Source of the DNA: a virus
Lineage: Duplodnaviria > Caudoviricetes
Strand: one strand, 5' to 3'
DNA: 64,000 nt
IMG/VR virus record: IMGVR_UViG_3300014204_000130
Location: 44,146 to 108,145 of that record
Shown: in pieces, positions 1 through 7,695 of the stretch
Position numbering within the stretch: the stretch's first letter is position 1
How the letters are laid out: each line of letters starts with the position of its first letter
Notes under the pieces: model-generated
The model's input: only the letters and a program-made list of their open reading frames with translations
Database searches by the model: none
What the model was told of the DNA's origin: nothing
Program-made: the position numbers and the translations under genes

Positions 1-215
1 TGTATCGGTTGAAAGCCTTGGCAAAAGAGAAGGGATACAAGTCGGGATATGTCGCCGTGAATTTCCGGAAGATCTTTAATCGATGGCCGACATATGCCGA
101 AGGTGGGAATCCTCCTCGGAGGCAGAGATCTTGGATGAATTACGTTTGGGGAAATGAAGATTCCGATGATGATCCCATGGGATTCGGACATCCCGACGAT
201 TTTGGAGATAATTGA
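1..215 (+). CDS. C-terminal fragment of a gene starting upstream, possibly an SF2 helicase-associated C-terminal domain
   Basis: AKEKGYKSGY...FRKIFNRWP resembles the 'A..RGYK.GW...F..WP' tail of phage DEAD-type helicases; the reading frame is open at the window edge. Confidence 0.4.
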   Translation, partial: YRLKALAKEKGYKSGYVAVNFRKIFNRWPTYAEGGNPPRRQRSWMNYVWGNEDSDDDPMGFGHPDDFGDN

Positions 216-313
216 ATGTTGATTCTTCCCGTGATAGAAAAGATGGCGATTGAATTGGGAATGCTCGTACTGATCTTGACGACGTTGGGATTCATACATC
301 CGGGAGATATAGA

Positions 314-1372
314 ATGATTGAAATGGAAACCAAAATAAATAAAAATTGTGGGATGCGGAAACCACATAATCTAAAAGGATGCATCGAAAGAACTGGTTTA
401 AGTTTTAAAGAATTTGCCATTAAACTTGGAATTCAAACATCCTATTTAATGTCTCTGTTAAATCGGGTTGTTTCAATGCCGAAAAGTACCAAGAAACGAG
501 CATATGCAATTATACGTGAAATTGAAAGTAATTGCCCTTTGCCAAGTAATGAAATTGTAAGGAGTGAGATCATGAAGGATTTGAACATTGAAAATAAACC
601 CGATTTGACAATTGAGGAGATTTCCAAATATCCTAGCAATGTTACCACTGAAAATGTACATCCTTTGAAAATAGAAATAATGAAAACTGGAATTTCATTT
701 TCAAAGATAGCCAGAGAAATTGGTATTGGCGTTGGAAAATTATCCAACATGTTAAATTTATCTGGAACTAGTCGAATGACTCCTGAATATGAAAATCTAA
801 TTCGTGAATTTTTGGAGTTGTCCAAATCAGTTAAAGTAATCACCATAGAAAGTCCTATAATTAAAAAAATTACATTCGAACCAAGTCCTTTGAAAACAGC
901 ATTGGTAAATTTGATCAAAGAATGTAAACAAGAGCGAGATCAAATGAAAAATCTGAAGAATTCAAATCAGAATACTTCTTTGGAGATTGATAATTTACAT
1001 ATTCAAATTGAGAAATTAAATGATGAATTAAATTGTAATATTGAGAAATTAAATGATTCCGATTTGGATAGATTAAATTTGTTGAATGTAATTAATAATA
1101 TGGTTGGAAAATGTCCAGTTTGTGGAGGTTCGCTGGCATGTAATTCGACAGGTGATAGTTTTACTTGTCTTGAACCCGAATGTTTCTTTGCCGAACGAAC
1201 TTTAACTTGGAAGCAATTATGTATTATCCGACAATACGAATTAGAAGAGTTCCCAGATTCATTTGACGATGAGTTGGATCTTTCGGATGTCGTTGACAAT
1301 ATCGATCCTCCATATGAGAGTTTGTTATTCGGGATCGATGGAAATATCTTGAACCCTCGTAAACCCGCATGA
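314..1372 (+). CDS. transcriptional regulator with two XRE-like HTH domains, a coiled coil and a Zn ribbon
   Basis: Two HTH repeats (RTGLSFKEFAIKLGIQTSYLMSLLN; KTGISFSKIAREIGIGVGKLSNMLN) and CPVC...CLEPEC; GGAG RBS. Confidence 0.7.
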   Translation: MIEMETKINKNCGMRKPHNLKGCIERTGLSFKEFAIKLGIQTSYLMSLLNRVVSMPKSTKKRAYAIIREIESNCPLPSNEIVRSEIMKDLNIENKPDLTIEEISKYPSNVTTENVHPLKIEIMKTGISFSKIAREIGIGVGKLSNMLNLSGTSRMTPEYENLIREFLELSKSVKVITIESPIIKKITFEPSPLKTALVNLIKECKQERDQMKNLKNSNQNTSLEIDNLHIQIEKLNDELNCNIEKLNDSDLDRLNLLNVINNMVGKCPVCGGSLACNSTGDSFTCLEPECFFAERTLTWKQLCIIRQYELEEFPDSFDDELDLSDVVDNIDPPYESLLFGIDGNILNPRKPA

Positions 1373-1378
1373 ATAAAG

Positions 1379-1433
1379 CATCCTCCCGCGTGTGCGCGTA
1401 GGAATTGCACGCGGGAGGATGGGAGGGGGGGGG
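1379..1433. other. GC-rich 14-bp inverted repeat followed by a G9 run
   Basis: catcctcccgcgtg (1379-1392) / cacgcgggaggatg (1408-1421); G run at 1425-1433. Confidence 0.7.
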
Positions 1434-1542
1434 TAACACCCTGTCAGAAAATATTTTGAAATTCCAATGAACTCCTGAGTGGTACGTATGGAAAATTACT
1501 TTACGTATAAATTAAATCTTTTGTTAGACGAAGGAATTGTAA

Positions 1543-1782
1543 ATGATATTCGTAATAAATGGAAACTCTGGCGTAATAATGGGACAATTGACAGAAGTGA
1601 AATTTGAAAATGAAGATATTGCTTTCCAAATTCCAATAACTGAAGAACGTAAATTTGTTGAGAATGTCATTTATCATATGAATATTGGAAATGTTCGACA
1701 TGTTGTTCTTGAAGATGGAAAATTTATTCTCCCGAAAGGAATGTTGAAAAATGTATATTTCTGGGGAAAGGAATATGAATAA
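1543..1782 (+). CDS. hypothetical protein
   Basis: ORF with AAGGA RBS. Confidence 0.6.
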   Translation: MIFVINGNSGVIMGQLTEVKFENEDIAFQIPITEERKFVENVIYHMNIGNVRHVVLEDGKFILPKGMLKNVYFWGKEYE

Positions 1783-2012
1783 AGAGGAAATTTCAATTCT
1801 ACTGTATATAATTGCAATAATGAACTGGTCGAAATATCAGATGAAAGAACTTGGGAAAGTACAACGGATAGACAGTCTTTTGTTGGACAGTTTGTGAAAA
1901 AATTACAATGAATGGTATTGAAGATGGATCACATATAGATATTACAACTTTGGACGTATATATCTGTCCCAAATGTGGAACTATGAAATCAGGGAAGGAG
2001 AAGTAGAAAAAT

Positions 2013-2327
2013 ATGAACTGTTGTCGATGTAATTTCCGAGAAGCAGAAGAACATGCGCCATATTGTCATATCTGCGATAAATTTTACAGTAAGGAAGAAG
2101 TGAATCGTATTCTGAAATACGTGGAGGACAATAAATACACAAATTGTAAAATGGTACAGCAAGGAGACTTACAGGTAAAACTGTCTCTCGCCAAAAGTTA
2201 TAAGGAGTTGGAAGAACATGATCGAGAATTAGAAAGAACTGCCAGTTTAACCTTCCGAAGATTGCCGGGAGATAAACGATTAATTTTCATGATAGTGAAG
2301 AATGATAACCGGGAAACCGTCGAATAA
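2013..2327 (+). CDS. hypothetical Zn-finger protein
   Basis: N-terminal CCRC...CHIC; GGAG RBS. Confidence 0.6.
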   Translation: MNCCRCNFREAEEHAPYCHICDKFYSKEEVNRILKYVEDNKYTNCKMVQQGDLQVKLSLAKSYKELEEHDRELERTASLTFRRLPGDKRLIFMIVKNDNRETVE

Positions 2328-2661
2328 TTTCGTCCAACAAAAGACAGTTTGTGAAAAAATCACAATGTATAAGGAATCTGACATGATAACCCTGAAACCC
2401 CTCCCGTATAAATTGGCAAAAAGAATATTCCTTTCAGACCCCGGAGGAATGTTCCATCAGAGAGGAGTAAGATTGAACTTCGGTATAAAATATGGAATAC
2501 AAGGAACGGACATATCGATCATCAATATTCTAAGAGATGTGAATTACGACCATTACAAATTTGCATTCTATTGGTATCCGGGAAAGGAAATTAATTTCCG
2601 GGATATTATGCTTAGAAATAAATTGGAGACGCTGATAAATGGAGGAGTAGAATTTTCGTAA
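2302..2661 (+). CDS. hypothetical protein (start uncertain)
   Basis: ORF in the co-oriented cluster. Confidence 0.5.
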   Translation: MITGKPSNNFVQQKTVCEKITMYKESDMITLKPLPYKLAKRIFLSDPGGMFHQRGVRLNFGIKYGIQGTDISIINILRDVNYDHYKFAFYWYPGKEINFRDIMLRNKLETLINGGVEFS

Positions 2662-2769
2662 TATTTTTTGACAGTCTTTTAAAAGACGGAATTTCCCAGT
2701 AGGACCGTAAACTGTGAATTTGGAATTCCGTCTTTTGTTGGACAGAATTTTGAAAGTTGAGAATTTAAC

Positions 2770-3375
2770 ATGTCACTTTGTCCAAGATGTAAAGTAAATG
2801 AGAAACAAATATTTAAGACAGGTAAAGTCGGTGCATATTGTAGAGAATGCCAGAAACATTACCATGATAGGTATTATTATGGTGAAGGTGGTAAACCTGT
2901 GAAGATTCCGAAACCCCCGAAACTTCCAAGAATCCCGAAAACAATTTGTCCAAGATGTAAAGTAAATGAGAAACATAAATTTCCAAATTGCATGGCTGCT
3001 TATTGTTTGGTATGCGTCCGAGAAGTGGATAAGGAAACACATAAACGAAGAATGTTGGAAGATCCCGTCGAGATAAAACGAAAACATCACTTGGCCGTTC
3101 AAAGATATCAGAGGAAGACAGATCCTGAAAGATTTCGTCGATATAGAAAGATGGGTATGAAGGAAATAGACACTTCATTGACATTGGCATTCGTAATGGA
3201 TTGGTTTAATGGTGAATGTCAGGAATGCTTTAATATCTGTGAATTCGGAGGAGAGTATAAACCAACAATTGATTATATAGTTCCGTTGAAGTCTGGAGGA
3301 CAACATGTGAAGGAAAACGTAAGGCTGTTGTGTAGAAGTTGTATGCAAATAAAATGGAGAAATTCTATTTCATAA
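2770..3375 (+). CDS. HNH-fold protein with two Zn-ribbon repeats and a degenerate active site
   Basis: CPRCKVNEK occurs twice; C-terminal CQEC...TIDYIVPLKSGGQH..ENVRLLCRSCM matches the HNH/McrA pattern but has His->Tyr and Asn->Met. Confidence 0.75.
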   Translation: MSLCPRCKVNEKQIFKTGKVGAYCRECQKHYHDRYYYGEGGKPVKIPKPPKLPRIPKTICPRCKVNEKHKFPNCMAAYCLVCVREVDKETHKRRMLEDPVEIKRKHHLAVQRYQRKTDPERFRRYRKMGMKEIDTSLTLAFVMDWFNGECQECFNICEFGGEYKPTIDYIVPLKSGGQHVKENVRLLCRSCMQIKWRNSIS

Positions 3376-4156
3376 TATTTTTGGACAGTCTTTTAAAAGA
3401 CACCTACCCCTCTTGTCTGTATGGAAAGAGGGGTTTCTTTTTGTCCAACGTTGGAATTTGAGAGCCGAAGGCTTCCTGTTGAGATGGGGTTGTCTAAGAT
3501 TGGACAGTTATAAATTCGTTGCTTGTCTAAGATTGGACTCCTGTTGAGATGGGTAGAGAATTGGGAGGAAAAAGAATGGGTTACGGATGATATGGAAAAG
3601 TTGGTTATGCATCCATATACCACATGAAGTACTGCCGTACCCTCCGCATTTTCCGGAAATGCTCGCATTATTTTATTCCACCGTACAACCCGCATCAACA
3701 CACGTTCTCCACAGTCGTACATATAGCACCGTACTAGCTGTACCGTACTCTCATACCTTGCAAACGCTGATCAATACTCATTTTCCACGAATCAATGATA
3801 TGCACGCCGAAAGTACAAGTCGATATGGTTGGTGCATTATGCACGGCAATGAAAAGTGGAAAACTCGTAGGAATGGCTTAAAATGGAAAAAGGTAGAATT
3901 GCCTGGGAATGGTCGGAAAAAACTTGTCCAGCAAAAGACTGGGAAAAACTGATACTCCTGAGTATCAAAATTTTAAAATGCGGTTTTGTAACCAGTCCGT
4001 GAAATATTGCAGTCTTTTAAAAGATTTTTCGGAATGGCCATTCCTATTGTATTGGCGATTCAAAAATTCTCTCCTCTTCTCCATGGGGAAGTATAGAGTA
4101 GGGGGAAGGGTAAGATTCTATATTGAAAAAATAGTTATCGAGAATGAAGAAAACAT

Positions 4157-4185
4157 TTGACAAGTGCTAGCACTCGGAGTAACGT
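4157..4185 (+). promoter_or_regulatory. sigma70-type promoter heading the early region
   Basis: TTGACA-N17-TAACGT; the spacer contains the palindrome agtgctagcact. Confidence 0.65.
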
Positions 4186-4251
4186 ATTTCTTGTAAGTGC
4201 ATTTTAAAACTTACTCCCTTCTTGGAAGGGGATTGCCCAAAAATTTGAAAA

Positions 4252-4703
4252 GTGAATCGGCAAGAGTAGACGAAAGGCCAAAAATCTCTCCCCCGCCGGA
4301 AACGGCGAAAAACCTAGCTTCAGGGGAGGTAAAGTTTATCAGGATACAACGCCTTAGCATCCGTCTACTATCCAAAACGTGATTAAAGTGTCACGTGTCG
4401 GAACGGCGCAAGGATACGGCGATATCTCGAAAGTCTCCCGAAGTAGAAAATCAGAGATGAGTAGAATACCGTAAGCGTATTAAATGGCAAGAGGTAAGAT
4501 ACCCGGCCACCCGCAAGGGTAAAAGTGAACCGATATACAAGTGATATCACGGGCAATGGTATAACCTACCCTCTCCCCCTACTCTCTCGTGAGAATGTCG
4601 GAAGGACGAAAGTATACCAAAGTGAATGCGGATAGCTAGAAAAATGCGTGTTGTAGTAAGCTTGGTAACTGTTTTTCGTCATGCGATACCCTTACCGATT
4701 CAC
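4252..4703 (+). ncRNA. candidate ~450-nt structured non-coding RNA
   Basis: Closing stem gtgaatcggcaag/cttaccgattcac, nested stems (4265-4272/4362-4369; 4557-4563/4613-4619), several GNRA tetraloop hairpins, no credible ORF, directly downstream of a promoter. Confidence 0.55.
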
Positions 4704-4706
4704 AAC

Positions 4707-4718
4707 GTTCTTTGAAAA
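4707..4718 (+). promoter_or_regulatory. rrn-type boxA-like element
   Basis: GTTCTTTGAAAA, the boxA form seen in rRNA leaders/spacers of many bacteria, immediately before a long-range stem. Confidence 0.4.
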
Positions 4719-4802
4719 GTGCATCGGGAAAACCCCTTTCTACTCAGTAGTAAAAATCATTCCCGTTTCAGGGAATGATAAATTAATTTAAAAGGAGTCA
4801 AT

Positions 4803-5036
4803 ATGAAAAACAATATCATTCTCCCTGAAATTTTCGGCAAGCTTACTTCCGACAACGCCGTGGTTCAGAATACCAATGAGGCATACAAGCGCGGTATTGC
4901 CATGCAAAAAGCAGTAAAGGAAGCTGAAAAAACGGTAAAGTTGGCTAGCGATTCCTTTCAAGCCGAACTCATTGCGCGTGCTTCTGACTTACACGTGGTC
5001 ATTCTGACCATGAAAGCATCTACCATTACCAAGTAA
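4803..5036 (+). CDS. small hypothetical protein enclosed by a 20-bp inverted repeat
   Basis: Strong AAGGAG RBS; inverted repeat at 4713-4732 / 5060-5079. Confidence 0.7.
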   Translation: MKNNIILPEIFGKLTSDNAVVQNTNEAYKRGIAMQKAVKEAEKTVKLASDSFQAELIARASDLHVVILTMKASTITK

Positions 5037-5230
5037 GCACTTGTGACCTGACTTCCGGTTTTTCCCGATGCACTTTTCATCCCGGCTCATGTTGCTTGTA
5101 TGCGTTCGGCTTACTGGTTCTTCAGTTTGCGCGTGCTGCATGTTTTCATGAGCCGGTTGTCCTGTTCTCTTCTGTTTCTCGTATCGGATTTTTTTCCGGA
5201 CAACATTTTTTCCGAAAGGAGATTGCCAAA

Positions 5231-5629
5231 ATGAATACACTTGTAGAATTGAAAAAATCAATTCAGGCTTGCAAGGAAGTTATCTCACTTTGCAAGTCGA
5301 GTAATGGGGAATATTGTCTCTTGGCAATCTCTCCGAGAAAAACGGGATTTGCCCGGAGTATGTTTTTCCGGGCGATTCAAAACAATGTCCGTTCCATTCT
5401 ACCCAAAGGGGTATATGGAACATTCATGGAAGATGGGGAACATGTTACGGTGGAAGTATCGCCGGAACATGTTCCTTGTCTGGTAGAAAGAATGGAAAAG
5501 AAATACATTGTTTCCATTCTGTCTGATTCAAGGATTGACGAGAGACAATCCTTATCACCACGTGAAACACAGTGCAAGAAAACAAGACGAGTTACCGCTT
5601 GCACTTCCTCTACTCGGACAAATAAGTAG
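5231..5629 (+). CDS. hypothetical protein
   Basis: AAAGGAG RBS before ATG 5231 (MNTLVELKKS). Confidence 0.65.
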   Translation: MNTLVELKKSIQACKEVISLCKSSNGEYCLLAISPRKTGFARSMFFRAIQNNVRSILPKGVYGTFMEDGEHVTVEVSPEHVPCLVERMEKKYIVSILSDSRIDERQSLSPRETQCKKTRRVTACTSSTRTNK

Positions 5630-5686
5630 GGAGAAATTCCCTACCATGTTTTCCCGGTTTAAAAATTCATTCTCAAAATAGGTTTT

Positions 5687-5782
5687 TGTATCTTTTCCAG
5701 ATCTTTGGAGGGATACAAAAACCTTGTTGTCGTTCCCGGAATAATCTGTATCTTTTCCAGATCTTTGGAGGGATACAAAAAC
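5687..5782. repeat. two identical 36-nt hairpin-forming repeats separated by 24 nt (mini-array-like)
   Basis: tgtatcttttccagatctttggagggatacaaaaac at 5687-5722 and 5747-5782. Confidence 0.85.
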
Positions 5783-5805
5783 ATTGCATTTTGCAATGTC
5801 CACCA

Positions 5806-5960
5806 AAAGATGCACAACGGTTTATCATTTCCGTTGTCATCTTGCATCTTTCTTCAGTTAAAAATGATAAAGATCATTTGCAGGCCGTTTCAACGACGGT
5901 GACTGCAACGGCTTCAATGCCGTGAAATGATATGTATCCGGTTCGTTTCAGAACTGGAAA
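5806..5960 (+). ncRNA. candidate pseudoknotted structured RNA or leader upstream of cca
   Basis: Stems aaagatgca/tgcatcttt and caacgg/ccgttg; the 10-nt loop tttatcattt is complementary to aaatgataaa (5862-5871); further hairpins follow. Confidence 0.5.
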
Positions 5961-5981
5961 ATTCGTAAAGGAGGTGTCATC

Positions 5982-7385
5982 ATGACATCTCAAAACAACG
6001 TCGCCAACTTAATCGGAAGTCTTCCGGCTTCCGTAAAAAATATTGCGACCGCCGTTTCGAAAGTCGGCGGTCGATCGTTTCTGATCGGGGGAGCCGTTCG
6101 CGACTTCTTCCGGAACGGCTCCGACCCTAAAGATTTCGACCTTGAAATCCATGGGTTGCAACTGGAAACCCTGAAAGGGGTTCTCGACGGTCTTGGAATG
6201 GAAACCAAGACCGTCGGAGAATCCTTCGGGGTTCTCAAGGTTCGCGACGAGGAAGGGAACGACCTTGACATCTCCCTTCCTCGTCGAGACAACAAATGTG
6301 GCGTCGGCCACAAGGGGTTCACCGTCGAAGTGGACCCCAACATGACTATTCGGGAAGCTTGTTCCCGTAGGGATTTCACCATCAACACAATGATGGTGGA
6401 TATCCTCACAGGGTCTATCGAAGACCCATTCGGAGGATTGGAAGACCTCCAAAAGGGAATCCTTCACCATACCTCGGAGCAATTCTCCGAAGACCCATTA
6501 CGGGTTCTCCGGGGAATGCAATTCCTTTCCCGGATGGGATTCCGGGCTTCCCAGGAATTGGAGGAAACCTGTTCAAAATTGGTTTCCTCCTTCTCCGAAC
6601 TTCCCAAGGAAAGAGTTTGGGAAGAGTGGAAGAAGTGGGCTGCAAAAGCCCAATCTCCTTCGAAGGGATTGGAATTTCTCCGGAATTCCGGATGGGTTTC
6701 CAACTTTCCGGAGTTGGAGGCACTCATCGATCTCAAACAAGAACCCTCCCATCATCCCGAAGGGGATGTGTGGGAACACACGCTGCATACGGTCGATGCA
6801 GCGTGTAAGATTGCCGGGAGGGAAAATCTCCCGAGTGACCGGAAAGTTGCCCTTATGTTAGGGGCACTTTGCCACGATTTCGGTAAGGTAACAACCACCG
6901 AAGTTATCGATGGGGTTATCACATCCAGGAAACACAACGTAGCCGGGGAAGAACCAACCCGGTCATTCATGGCGCGGATAGGTGCGCCAAAAGACCTCAC
7001 CGAAGAGGTCGTCCATCTGGTCCGTGAACATATGATTCACGTCTTCGGTGAACTGACGGACAGCGTTGTTAAAAAGCTGTCCTCCCGGATCAACGGGAAA
7101 ACCACCGTAATAATGGTTTCACATGTGATCGAGGCTGATCACGGTGGCCGACCTCCATTCGCCGCCGTTCATCCTTGTCCCCAAATCCTGGAAATGGCAG
7201 CGAGATTGAATGTTCTCGCCGCACAACCGAAACCTTTCCTGACCGGACGACATCTCATCTCGCTCGGGTTCAAACCCGGTCAGGAAATGGGAAAGGTTCT
7301 CAAGGAGCTTTTCGACCTTCAACTGGAGGGAAAGATTGCCTCGGAGGAGGAGGCAATCACATTCGCGAAAACAACTCGGGATTAA
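5982..7385 (+). CDS. cca: CCA-adding tRNA nucleotidyltransferase with HD domain
   Basis: GGAVRD, DFDLE, RRDFTIN and EDPLRVLR motifs; HD domain HHPEGDVWEHT...LCHDFGK; AAGGAGGT RBS. Confidence 0.92.
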   Translation: MTSQNNVANLIGSLPASVKNIATAVSKVGGRSFLIGGAVRDFFRNGSDPKDFDLEIHGLQLETLKGVLDGLGMETKTVGESFGVLKVRDEEGNDLDISLPRRDNKCGVGHKGFTVEVDPNMTIREACSRRDFTINTMMVDILTGSIEDPFGGLEDLQKGILHHTSEQFSEDPLRVLRGMQFLSRMGFRASQELEETCSKLVSSFSELPKERVWEEWKKWAAKAQSPSKGLEFLRNSGWVSNFPELEALIDLKQEPSHHPEGDVWEHTLHTVDAACKIAGRENLPSDRKVALMLGALCHDFGKVTTTEVIDGVITSRKHNVAGEEPTRSFMARIGAPKDLTEEVVHLVREHMIHVFGELTDSVVKKLSSRINGKTTVIMVSHVIEADHGGRPPFAAVHPCPQILEMAARLNVLAAQPKPFLTGRHLISLGFKPGQEMGKVLKELFDLQLEGKIASEEEAITFAKTTRD

Positions 7386-7500
7386 TCCTCTCCCATGCAT
7401 CCACGATCTTGTGGAAGGAATGCATTCACGTCGAGTCGTGACATGGGAATTGCAAATTCTGTCTTTTGTTGGACAGAAAATTAAACGTAGGAGAATCTAT

Positions 7501-7695
7501 ATGGAAAATTTTGACATTCATTTCAACGGTTCTGTTCGGCCTACAATTTCCGACTTCGAATGGAAGCGGAAAAAACAGGAACGGGAATTCAACTTCAAAA
7601 CCAAACGGAATGACGACAAGAGGAACAAGCCTCTCCGGAACGTCGGATTCCGTGCTCTCTTCACGTATGCAACGGAGGAATCCGACAATGAATAA
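7501..7695 (+). CDS. hypothetical protein
   Basis: AGGAG RBS after a palindrome copy. Confidence 0.6.
   Translation: MENFDIHFNGSVRPTISDFEWKRKKQEREFNFKTKRNDDKRNKPLRNVGFRALFTYATEESDNE

Noticed and set aside
3393-4382. ORFs 3393-3722, 3587-3952, 3909-4160 and 4197-4382
   Set aside because: No RBS, atypical composition, and they overlap repeat-rich or structured non-coding sequence.
4252-4703. tmRNA, RNase P RNA, group II intron or hammerhead ribozyme
   Set aside because: No tRNA-like ends or tag ORF, no GAGGAAAGUCC, no domain V and no CUGANGA core seen.
4713-5079. Retron a1/a2 repeats or IS/MITE terminal inverted repeats
   Set aside because: No reverse transcriptase or transposase in the window and no evident target-site duplication.
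5554-5569. Canonical bacterial parS (…cacgtgaaaca)
   Set aside because: Only one half-site matches, and it lies inside a CDS.
5687-5782. Calling a bona fide CRISPR array
   Set aside because: Only two repeats, a 24-nt spacer and no cas genes; kept as a repeat feature and a hypothesis.
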